A stretch of 10,362 nucleotides of DNA, taken from NCBI GenBank assembly GCA_964244895.1, contig CAXTKV010000185.1, positions 1 to 10,362 of the forward strand. The letters run 5' to 3'. This document shows positions 1 through 7,750 of the stretch, in pieces (positions within the stretch are counted from its first letter, which is position 1; each line of letters starts with the position of its first letter). A program made the position numbers and the translations under genes. The notes below the pieces were generated by a model that did not search any database, was not told the origin of the DNA, and was given only the letters and a program-made list of their open reading frames with translations. This DNA is from an uncultured Deinococcales bacterium (GTDB lineage: Bacteria > Deinococcota > Deinococci > Deinococcales > JAAFIG01).

Positions 1-2
1 GG

Positions 3-701
3 TATTTCGACATCAATTACCTGGACATCCTGGCGAGTTGCGAGAGCGGCTGGGATCATTCCACGCGCTGCGACGAGCGCTGGCTGGAGCATTTGCCGGT
101 GGACCTGAACAGCATCCTGTACGTGCGCGAGCTGGACTTTGCGAAGGCAGCAGAAATGGTCGGGGATCTTCAGAAAGCTCGAGCCTGGCGCGAAAAAGCC
201 GAGGCTCGAGCCGAGAAAATTCGAGCGTTGATGTGGGATGAGGAGGCTGGGTTCTTCTTCGATTACGACGTGACCGCCGAGGCTCGAAACCTGGACGCGT
301 CCCTGGCGGGATTCTTCCCGTTGTGGGCGGGATTGGCCACGCCGGATCAGGCCAGCCGCGCGGTTGAAACGTGGTTGCCGCGATTCACACAACCCGGCGG
401 GCTGGTCACGACCCTGAGGGCGCAGGAGGGCCGGCAGTGGGCCTGGCCGAACGGCTGGGCTCCGTTGCAGTGGATCGTGGACGCGGGATTGGAACGCTAC
501 GGGTTCAAAGCGGAGGCGCACGGGCTGCGGTCGCGCTGGCTCGAGAATGGCGCTCGGGTTTTCGCCAGGACACTTTCGATGTGGGAAAAGTACAACGTCG
601 TGGAACCCGACGCTCAGGGCGAAGGCGGCGTCTACGGGCACGTCACGGGCTTCGGCTGGACGAACGGCGTCTTCGCGGATTTCGCTCGGCGCACGCCGTG
701 A
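3..701 (+). CDS. Alpha,alpha-trehalase, glycoside hydrolase family 37 (5'-truncated by the window edge)
   Basis: Frame 3 is open from the window start: YFDINYLDILASCESGWDHSTR...LPVDLNSILY. It carries GH37 hallmarks ESGWD-S-R, PVDLN, G-FFDYD, QWAWPNGWAPLQW, MWEKYNV and GFGWTNGV. Stop TGA at 699-701. Confidence 0.93.
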   Translation, partial: YFDINYLDILASCESGWDHSTRCDERWLEHLPVDLNSILYVRELDFAKAAEMVGDLQKARAWREKAEARAEKIRALMWDEEAGFFFDYDVTAEARNLDASLAGFFPLWAGLATPDQASRAVETWLPRFTQPGGLVTTLRAQEGRQWAWPNGWAPLQWIVDAGLERYGFKAEAHGLRSRWLENGARVFARTLSMWEKYNVVEPDAQGEGGVYGHVTGFGWTNGVFADFARRTP

Positions 702-1207
702 ACCCGACCCGCTTGACCTCGAGAACGCCGCTCGGGACGCATCCGTGGCGAGTCTGGCTGCTCGGAATCGCACTGCTCGCGGCTCGAGCCGTGGCCGGAG
801 GTGGCGGTTCGGTCAGCGTCCTCGACCATCCGTGGTTCGCGGGTCGCGCCGTGCCGTGCCTGACGGTGTACTTGAAGGATCAGCAGCCGAAATTTTCGGG
901 CTCGAGGGTGTTTTATATCTCGAGCGTGCAGTCCGGGGTTGGCTACACCTACGCGCACGTCTACGACCCGGCGGCGAATCATCTGATCCTCTGGGAGCCG
1001 TACTTTTTATCAGAATGCGACGACCTGCGCTTCTCGAGGAGGAACTGGGATCTCGAGAAGGATGTCGCAGACGATCCGGGCAGCAGCACGTACCTGCTGT
1101 GGCGCAGCGAGGTTCCGGGCTTGATCGCGCGTTGCAAAGCCGGTGAGCGTGTGACCATCAAGATGCGAAACGGTCGGTTCGTGTCTGCCAAGATTGTTCG
1201 TCGCTGA
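698..1207 (+). CDS. Hypothetical secreted protein, 169 aa
   Basis: GTG at 698 overlaps the trehalase stop (GTGA, 4-nt overlap). The N-terminus reads as a signal peptide (..PWRVWLLGIALLAARAVA|GGG), followed by a globular-looking domain with three Cys. The track's longer start at 371 overlaps trehalase and is not credible. Confidence 0.75.
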   Translation: MNPTRLTSRTPLGTHPWRVWLLGIALLAARAVAGGGGSVSVLDHPWFAGRAVPCLTVYLKDQQPKFSGSRVFYISSVQSGVGYTYAHVYDPAANHLILWEPYFLSECDDLRFSRRNWDLEKDVADDPGSSTYLLWRSEVPGLIARCKAGERVTIKMRNGRFVSAKIVRR

Positions 1208-1230
1208 ATCTCGAGGGGTCGGCAATCACA

Positions 1231-1275
1231 AACACCGTCCCGCACGCAAACGAAAATTGCGTCTGGGACGGTGTT
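1231..1275. repeat. Intergenic inverted-repeat family, copy 1 (13-nt spacer)
   Basis: AACACCGTCCCGCACG-CAAACGAAAATTG-CGTCTGGGACGGTGTT; starts 24 nt after the stop at 1207. Confidence 0.9.
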
Positions 1276-1342
1276 CTCTTTAGGTTCACTCGGGTTCGAC
1301 CCGTGTGGCACGCCGCTCGAGCAGCCCGGAAAACAACTGCGG

Positions 1343-1348
1343 TAGACT
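1343..1348 (+). promoter_or_regulatory. -10 box of a probable leaderless argJ transcript
   Basis: TAGACT lies 7 nt before ATG 1356, with no Shine-Dalgarno in between. Confidence 0.7.
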
Positions 1349-1355
1349 TTCGCCC

Positions 1356-2504
1356 ATGCGTCTTCCGATTGGATTCCGCGCCAGCGGCGTCAAGGCTGGC
1401 ATCAAACCCTCCGGCAAACCCGATCTGGCGCTGATCGCGTCCGGTAGCCCGTGCGCTTGGGCTTTCGCGGGCACGCGGAATCTCGCGGCTGCCGCGAGCG
1501 TCCAGCGCGCCCGAACGCTCTACGCGAGCGGCGCACCGTTGCAGGCCATCGCGGTCAACGCGGGCAACGCGAATTGCGTCACCGGCGCGGAGGGCGTGCA
1601 AACGGACGCGCGCATGGCCCAAATCGCGGCTACGGAACTCGATCTCGAGCCGGGGCGCGTGCTGACGGCCTCGACGGGCGTGATCGGCGTGCAACTGCCC
1701 GTGGAGAAACTCGAGACGGGCATCCCGGAAGCCAGAGCCGCGCTGGGGTTTGAGCTCGAGCCCGCCGCGACCGCAATCATGACGACCGATCTGGTGATGA
1801 AAATTTCGGAGCGCACCCTACCGAACGGCGCGCGCGTCGTGGGCTTTTGCAAGGGTTCCGGCATGATTCACCCGAACATGGCGACCATGCTGGCGTTCGT
1901 CATGACGGACGCGGAACTCGAGCAGTCGGCCCTTCGCGCGGCGTTCGGCGGGATCGTGGCGCGCACCTTCAACGCGGTCACGGTGGACGGCGACACGAGC
2001 ACCAACGACATGGCCGTGGTCATGGCCAACGGCTCGGCTGCACAGACGGACGTGCGAGCCGCGCTCGAGGCGATCGAGTCCGTCATGCGCGACCTGGCGC
2101 GCAGCATCGCGCGGGATGGCGAGGGCGCGACGAAACTCATGACCGTCAACGTCGCTGGCGCACCGTCGGACGCGGACGCGCTGCGGGCCGCAAAGACCGT
2201 GGCGGGCTCGAGCCTGTTCAAATCCGCCGTCTACGGCAACGACCCGAACTGGGGCCGGATTCTGGCGGCGCTCGGGCGCTCGGAAGTGACCTTCGATCCG
2301 ACCGGGGCGAAAGTCAGCGTCCAGGGCATCAACGTGTTCGACGGTAAACCGCTCGAGTTCGACCGCAAGGCCGCGTCACTGGCGATGCGCGCTGAGGAAG
2401 TCGTGATCGATTGCGATCTGGGCGCGGGAAATGGCCAGGGAACCGCCTGGGGTTGCGACCTGACGGAAAATTACGTCAAGATCAACGCGGAATACACGAC
2501 CTAA
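1356..2504 (+). CDS. argJ: Glutamate N-acetyltransferase / ornithine acetyltransferase ArgJ, 382 aa
   Basis: [45 protein letters not shown], the autocleavage motif [38 protein letters not shown] and C-terminal [18 protein letters not shown]. Start moved to ATG 1356. Confidence 0.97.
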   Translation: MRLPIGFRASGVKAGIKPSGKPDLALIASGSPCAWAFAGTRNLAAAASVQRARTLYASGAPLQAIAVNAGNANCVTGAEGVQTDARMAQIAATELDLEPGRVLTASTGVIGVQLPVEKLETGIPEARAALGFELEPAATAIMTTDLVMKISERTLPNGARVVGFCKGSGMIHPNMATMLAFVMTDAELEQSALRAAFGGIVARTFNAVTVDGDTSTNDMAVVMANGSAAQTDVRAALEAIESVMRDLARSIARDGEGATKLMTVNVAGAPSDADALRAAKTVAGSSLFKSAVYGNDPNWGRILAALGRSEVTFDPTGAKVSVQGINVFDGKPLEFDRKAASLAMRAEEVVIDCDLGAGNGQGTAWGCDLTENYVKINAEYTT

Positions 2505-2627
2505 GGTTTTCTCGCTCGGGCTCGAGAACCAGCCGTTTGAAAGTTCTCGAGATTTCCTTCGGGCGAACGCGAGATGGTCGCTTTGAGCGCGCTCGAGGTT
2601 CACGCCGTCGGCGCAGAAACCTCGAAA

Positions 2628-2673
2628 TACATCGTCCAGCACGCACTTTCAAATCAACGTGCCGGACGGTCTT
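2628..2673. repeat. Intergenic inverted-repeat family, copy 2 (14-nt spacer)
   Basis: TACATCGTCCAGCACG-CACTTTCAAATCAA-CGTGCCGGACGGTCTT; abuts the ABC ATPase stop at 2675, between convergent genes. Confidence 0.85.
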
Positions 2674-2674
2674 C

Positions 2675-3364
<690 letters not shown>

Positions 3365-3372
3365 CGAGCGCG

Positions 3373-3381
3373 ATGGTATCA
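3373..3381 (-). promoter_or_regulatory. Extended -10 box for the ABC ATPase gene
   Basis: Minus strand reads TGA-TACCAT-CGCGCTCG-ATG. Confidence 0.65.
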
Positions 3382-3557
3382 TTTCGCGGCAGGCGCGATC
3401 CGCTGAGCGCCCAAGGCCGACGCGCACAAATAGCCGTCGAGAACACGCTGAGCGAGCATTTCATTGCGTAAAGTCTTCTCGAGACCTTAAACTCACTTCG
3501 ATTCGTAGACGCTTCTCGACCGCCCAGAACCAGCGTTTCGCACCACAGATCGACCCG

Positions 3558-3570
3558 TAGAATCCGAGGT
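3558..3570 (+). promoter_or_regulatory. Candidate -10 box (TAGAAT) and SD-like GAGGT before the Crp-family gene
   Basis: TAGAAT at 3558-3563 and GAGGT at 3566-3570 precede GTG 3575. The two signals are too close together for both to act on the same transcript. Confidence 0.45.
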
Positions 3571-3574
3571 CACG

Positions 3575-4288
3575 GTGTCCAAGACGGAATCCATCACGCA
3601 GTTCATCGAAGATTCCCGCCTGTTCAAAGGCGCACCTCCCGGCGCGATCAAGATGGCCGCCGAGGCCGCCACGATTCGCCAATTCCCCGAGGACGGCGCG
3701 ATCTTCCGCGAGAACGACCCCGGCGAGGCCGTGTACTTGCTGACCAAGGGTCGGGTCAAGATTGCCCGCGCCAACCTGGAGGGCCGCGAACGGATCTTCA
3801 CGATTATGACGCCGCCGGAAGTCATCGGCGAGATGGCCCTGATCAGCCAGAACCCGCGCACCGCGACCGCCTACTGCCTGGACGACGTGACCGCGCTGGC
3901 CATCTACCGCGACGAATTGCGCGGCATCCTGGAACGATACCCGCTGGTCTTGTGGAATCTGGCGAACATCATGGCCGGACGCCTGGGCGACATGAACCGC
4001 GAAGTCGAGATGCTGTCCTTCGCCAGCACGCAAGCCTGCGTGGCCTACGCGCTGCAGAGCCTGTACTTGCGCGGCGCGTTCATCGCGGGCGCTGAAGGCC
4101 GCCCGACGCTCGGCTTCACGCACCAGGACCTGGCCAACCGCACCGGCAACTCGCGCGAGACGATCACGCGCGTGCTGCGCGACCTCGAGAACGAGGCGAT
4201 CATCAAGACCCGCCCCGGCCAGATCACCTTGTTGCGCCCCGAAGCGCTCGAGGACATCATCTTCGGGTTGCGCGACGAAGACGAATAG
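3575..4288 (+). CDS. Crp/Fnr family transcriptional regulator, 237 aa
   Basis: N-terminal cNMP-binding domain (IFRENDPGEAVYLLTKGRVKI, GEMAL, PRTATA) and C-terminal Crp-type HTH (THQDLANRTGNSRETITRVLRDL). Confidence 0.95.
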   Translation: MSKTESITQFIEDSRLFKGAPPGAIKMAAEAATIRQFPEDGAIFRENDPGEAVYLLTKGRVKIARANLEGRERIFTIMTPPEVIGEMALISQNPRTATAYCLDDVTALAIYRDELRGILERYPLVLWNLANIMAGRLGDMNREVEMLSFASTQACVAYALQSLYLRGAFIAGAEGRPTLGFTHQDLANRTGNSRETITRVLRDLENEAIIKTRPGQITLLRPEALEDIIFGLRDEDE

Positions 4289-4321
4289 GGCTCGCTTCTC
4301 GTCTTCGAGCAGCCATCGCAT

Positions 4322-4367
4322 AACACCGTTCCAGACGCGTATTCTCGAGTACGCGCGGGACGGTGTA
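4322..4367. repeat. Intergenic inverted-repeat family, copy 3 (14-nt spacer containing CTCGAG)
   Basis: AACACCGTTCCAGACG-CGTATTCTCGAGTA-CGCGCGGGACGGTGTA; its last two bases begin the -10 box of the next gene. Confidence 0.85.
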
Positions 4368-4371
4368 GTCT
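4366..4371 (+). promoter_or_regulatory. -10 box of a probable leaderless MOSC gene transcript
   Basis: TAGTCT lies 6 nt before ATG 4378; no SD. Confidence 0.65.
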
Positions 4372-4377
4372 TTTGGG

Positions 4378-5031
4378 ATGAAGCTTTCCTCGGTCAATAT
4401 CGGAGCGGCGCAGGGACTGAGTCTGGGCAAACGAGAGATTCAAACCGGCATCCGCAAGCGTGGAACTGCGGATCGCGTGAACGTCAGCTTTGACGGACTC
4501 GAGGGCGATCGGGTGGTCAACACCAAGCATCACGGCGGCCCGGATCAGGCCGTGTACGTCTACACCGCCGACGATTACGACGCCTGGGTTTCGGTGCTCG
4601 GTGAGGCGCTCGAGCCGGGAACCTTCGGGGAAAACTTGACGATTTCAGGCTTTTCCAGCGCGAGTTTGAAGATCGGGGATCGATTGCGCATCGGGCCGGA
4701 GCTGATCCTGGAAGTCGCGGCCTCGCGCATCCCGTGCGACGTGCTGGCGGCGCGCATGGGCGACGCGGGCTTCGTCAAGCGCTTCAAGCAGATGGAGCGC
4801 CCCGGTGCGTACTGCCGCGTGATCCACGAGGGTTCCGTGGGTGCGGGCGATAGCGTGCGGCTCGAGGAAAACGCCAAGCTGACCGTGACGCTGCTGGACG
4901 ATTTCCGGCTGTATTACGACGCCAAAGCCAGGCCGGAGGCCATCCGGCGTTCGTTGGCCGCGCCGATCGCGATTCGCACGCGCCGGGAACTCGAGGAGCG
5001 GCTCGGGAAGCTCGAGCAGTCGCCAGCCTGA
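4378..5031 (+). CDS. MOSC domain protein (YiiM-like, with C-terminal helical extension), 217 aa
   Basis: SVNIG, TGIRKR, GLEGD...HHGGPDQAVYVY, PGTFGENLT, IGDRLRIG, the conserved Cys in RIPC and GAYCRVIHEGSVGAGD. Confidence 0.93.
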   Translation: MKLSSVNIGAAQGLSLGKREIQTGIRKRGTADRVNVSFDGLEGDRVVNTKHHGGPDQAVYVYTADDYDAWVSVLGEALEPGTFGENLTISGFSSASLKIGDRLRIGPELILEVAASRIPCDVLAARMGDAGFVKRFKQMERPGAYCRVIHEGSVGAGDSVRLEENAKLTVTLLDDFRLYYDAKARPEAIRRSLAAPIAIRTRRELEERLGKLEQSPA

Positions 5032-5037
5032 GGGTTC

Positions 5038-5087
5038 AGAACACCGTCCAGCACGCGTATCGAAATTCGCGTGCTGGACGGTGTTCT
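5038..5087. repeat. Intergenic inverted-repeat family, copy 4 (perfect 20-bp arms); plausible bidirectional terminator
   Basis: AGAACACCGTCCAGCACGCG (5038-5057) and CGCGTGCTGGACGGTGTTCT (5068-5087) are exact reverse complements; located between convergent MOSC and hisD genes. Confidence 0.95.
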
Positions 5088-5154
5088 CGGGCAGTCATCG
5101 CGTCGTCGAGCCTGTCCGTAGGGCGAAGCTCGCGTTCGAGTCAAAACGCGCGAT

Positions 5155-6474
5155 TCAATCCAGCTCGAGGCGCGCTTCGATGGCTCTGGCGTGCGCCTCG
5201 AGCCCTTCGGCTCGAGCCAACCGCGCGGCGTCCGGCGCGGTTTCCTGCAAGGTCGCGCGGTTCAACCCGACCACGCTGATGATCTTCTGAAAATCCCTGA
5301 CGTTGACCGGACTCGAGAAGCGCGCCGTGCCCATGGTCGGCATGACGTGGCTGGGGCCAGCCAGGTAATCGCCCAGGGCTTCCATACTGTCCTCACCGAC
5401 GAACACGCCGCCCGCGTTGCGCACGCCGCCCAACAGCCCCCAGGGTTCGCGCACCAGCAAGCACAGGTGCTCCGGGGCGTACAGGTTCGCCAGTTCGAGG
5501 GCTTCGGCTGCGTTCGCGGCCAGGACGATCTTGCCGCGCGAAATCCACGATTCGCTCGCCCACGTCCGGTTCGGTTCGGGCAGCGCGCTCGTCTGGCGAT
5601 CGATTTCGGCCAGCACGGTCTGAATCAATTCGCTCGAGGTCGAGACCAGAACGGGTTCGGCGGCCACGTGTTCGGCCTGCGCCAGCAGATCGGCGGCCAC
5701 GAATCTCGGGTTGGCGGTCTCATCGGCGATCACCATCGTTTCCGTCGGGCCGGGCAAGCTGACGATCCCGACCGCGCCGTAGACCGCGCGCATCGCCAGG
5801 ACGGTGTACAGGTTGCCGGGGCCGCCGATCTTGTCCACGCGGGGAACGGTGGGCGTGCCGTAGGCCATCGCACCGATGGCCTGCGCGCCACCGACCGCGA
5901 ACACGCGGCTGACCCCGCACTCGAGCGCGGCGGCCAGCGTGGTCGGATCGAGCTGCCCTTTGTTCGGCGGCGTGCAGACGATCACCTCACTCACACCCGC
6001 GACCCTGGCGGGGATGACCGTGTGAATCACGCTCGAGGCCAAGGGGTTCGCGCCCGCCGGAACGTACACGCCCGCCCGATCCACGGGCCGCACCAGTTGC
6101 CCGAGCGCGCCCTGGGCCGTGTGCTCTAAAAAACCGTGAACGGGTTGCGCCAGATGGAAGGCCCTCACGCGCCCGATCGCGTGCCGGATCGCGCCCAGCA
6201 GCGCCGGATCGAGAGAATCCCTGGCCCGCTCCAAGGCGGAAATTGGAACTTCGAGCCCGAATTCCGATATCCCATCGAGCTTTTCGGCGTAGCGCAGCAC
6301 CGCAACGTCACCTTCGCGCCGGACATCCTCGAGAATCCGATTCACGACCTGTTGGGGCGTCAATCGCTCACCGTAGAGGCTGGCGTTGCGGTCTAAAGTC
6401 GCCTCGGAGACCTGAACTTCCCCGAATGATCGCGTCAGCGCCACCCGCGCTTCCGCGCCCGTCAGCACCTTCAC
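5155..6474 (-). CDS. hisD: Histidinol dehydrogenase, 439 aa
   Basis: RPVDRAGVYVPAG, VGGAQAIGAMAYGT, VDKIGGPGN, PGPTE, Zn ligands in DLLAQAEH, catalytic YAPEHL, EALGDYLAGPSHVMPT and AEGLEAHARA. Confidence 0.97.
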   Translation of the reverse strand: MKVLTGAEARVALTRSFGEVQVSEATLDRNASLYGERLTPQQVVNRILEDVRREGDVAVLRYAEKLDGISEFGLEVPISALERARDSLDPALLGAIRHAIGRVRAFHLAQPVHGFLEHTAQGALGQLVRPVDRAGVYVPAGANPLASSVIHTVIPARVAGVSEVIVCTPPNKGQLDPTTLAAALECGVSRVFAVGGAQAIGAMAYGTPTVPRVDKIGGPGNLYTVLAMRAVYGAVGIVSLPGPTETMVIADETANPRFVAADLLAQAEHVAAEPVLVSTSSELIQTVLAEIDRQTSALPEPNRTWASESWISRGKIVLAANAAEALELANLYAPEHLCLLVREPWGLLGGVRNAGGVFVGEDSMEALGDYLAGPSHVMPTMGTARFSSPVNVRDFQKIISVVGLNRATLQETAPDAARLARAEGLEAHARAIEARLELD

Positions 6475-7400
6475 GATCCCGCGTCTCCGCCGCCCTCGTT
6501 ACCGCCCTTGCCGCGACGACGGAAACGTCGGCGTCGTCGCCGATTTCCACCCTCGGTTTGACCCTCCGCGACGTTCGGATTCGGTGGTTGAACGACCCCA
6601 TTCGGTTTGGCTCGAGCGGGCTGTTCCGGCCTGGAGCCTTGCGAGCCGCCCTTGACGGCGGGTTTGGTCTGAACCGGTGCGTTCCTCGAGCGCGCCTGGT
6701 TCGGCTGAACTCGGCTTCGTTCCTGACGCGGTTGCGGCTGGTTCGCCCCGATGCGCGCGCCTTGTGGGACGATCCCGGCGCGCACGAACACCGCCTCGAG
6801 CGTGTACTTGCCGACCGATTGCGAGAACCGCAACGGTCGGTGCGGCGCGTCGGCCTCGAGAAACACGAAACCGACGCCGGGCCTGAGGTAGTAGACGTGC
6901 GAGCGCCGCGCACCGGACGGCGTTTCGATGGTTTCATCGGGCAATCTGGCGACCACCACGCTGCCGCCGATCATCGGCACGCGAACCCCGGTGGCGTCGT
7001 CGGGCATCTCGCGCAGCAGTTGAATGATGGACAGTGGGTCGTGGTAATCCTGCATCAGGGCTTGCGATGCCTCGTCGCGGTTCTGTTTGACCGTCACCAA
7101 CCCGGAACGTCGGTCGAAGTTGACCTCGAAGTGGTGTCCACCCTGACCGTTGTTTTCCGTGAACTGGATCGGCAGGCGCGTCTGCGGGTCTATTTTCGAG
7201 GTCTGCACGCGCCGGATACCCTGCCCGATGACGCCCGTGAAGTTCGCCTCCAGACGCACGACGATCATGCCTTTCTCGAGTTGCGCCATCCAGCGCATCG
7301 TTCCCGCCGTGCGCCCCGCGTAGGACAGCGCGTAATGCAGTTCTTCCGGCTCGAAGCGCGCGGTCGGTATCTGTGTGCGCGATTGTTGCGTGCCTTGCAT
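6471..7400 (-). CDS. Hypothetical protein, 309 aa: beta-rich N-terminal domain (DUF3108-like) plus a disordered Gln/Pro/Arg-rich tail
   Basis: EELHYALSYAGRTAG..., QDYHDPLSII and ETIETPSG resemble the DUF3108 pattern (inference, no search run). The stop overlaps the hisD GTG (GTGA). Start set to ATG 7400, 6 nt after an extended -10. Confidence 0.75.
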   Translation of the reverse strand: MQGTQQSRTQIPTARFEPEELHYALSYAGRTAGTMRWMAQLEKGMIVVRLEANFTGVIGQGIRRVQTSKIDPQTRLPIQFTENNGQGGHHFEVNFDRRSGLVTVKQNRDEASQALMQDYHDPLSIIQLLREMPDDATGVRVPMIGGSVVVARLPDETIETPSGARRSHVYYLRPGVGFVFLEADAPHRPLRFSQSVGKYTLEAVFVRAGIVPQGARIGANQPQPRQERSRVQPNQARSRNAPVQTKPAVKGGSQGSRPEQPARAKPNGVVQPPNPNVAEGQTEGGNRRRRRRFRRRGKGGNEGGGDAGS

Positions 7401-7406
7401 GAAAGG

Positions 7407-7415
7407 AGCGTAACA
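7407..7415 (-). promoter_or_regulatory. Extended -10 box of a probable leaderless hypothetical-hisD transcript
   Basis: Minus strand reads TGT-TACGCT-CCTTTC-ATG. Confidence 0.7.
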
Positions 7416-7499
7416 CGGGCATCTGGGACGTTCGGGCGCTGATCGCGCGGAAACACTGGATTTCCTGCAAAACTCAGTCTCGAGAACGGATTCACGCGA

Positions 7500-7562
7500 G
7501 GGCAACCATGAAGGTTGCCCCTACAGAACAGGGTGTTGTAGGGGCAGGGCTTGTCCCTGCCC
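7500..7562. repeat. Back-to-back pair of GTAG-type REP hairpins
   Basis: Minus 7524-7500: GTAG-GGGCAACC-TTCAT-GGTTGCCC. Plus 7538-7562: GTAG-GGGCAGGG-CTTGT-CCCTGCCC. Each is 25 nt with a perfect 8-bp stem and a 5-nt loop; they are 13 nt apart. Confidence 0.85.
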
Positions 7563-7670
7563 TTCACTCGAGACGTTTCCGACCGCTTTCGCAGGAGGTC
7601 TAATCCCGAGCATCGGTTCTCGGGCACGTTGGGGCTTCACGGCGAATTCCTGAGCGATCAACTCTTTGAA

Positions 7671-7726
7671 AACACCGTTCAGGACGCGGATTCCTGATTC
7701 CCGAGAACGCCGTCCGGGACGGTCTT
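7671..7726. repeat. Intergenic inverted-repeat family, copy 5 (24-nt spacer)
   Basis: AACACCGTTCAGGACG-CGGATTCCTGATTCCCGAGAACGC-CGTCCGGGACGGTCTT, with A and T runs at the outer ends; 25 nt from the anmK stop. Confidence 0.85.
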
Positions 7727-7750
7727 TTTGAATCAAGCTCGAGTTCGGCG

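Noticed and set aside
2506..2574. Rho-independent terminator directly after argJ
   Set aside because: Only weak, interrupted stems (TTCTCG/CGAGAA) built from CTCGAG-like words, with no U-tract.
3365..3574. Crp operator (TGTGA-N6-TCACA) or a further repeat copy in the divergent ABC/crp gap
   Set aside because: No convincing match. The only symmetry, GTCGAGAA (3436-3443) with TTCTCGAC (3513-3520), is short, widely spaced and expected given the TCGA richness.
3484..4183. 700-bp CTCGAG-free stretch covering most of the Crp-family gene
   Set aside because: With about 70 gaps averaging about 150 bp, one gap this long is not unlikely by chance; it cannot be called avoidance from this window.
3575..4288. 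Naming the regulator crp or ddrI
   Set aside because: Deinococcota encode several Crp/Fnr paralogs, and orthology cannot be assigned without a phylogeny.
5118..5142. GTAGGGCGAAGCTCGCGTTCG as a third GTAG-REP
   Set aside because: Only a 4-bp stem (CGAA/TTCG) forms and the geometry differs from the pair at 7500-7562.
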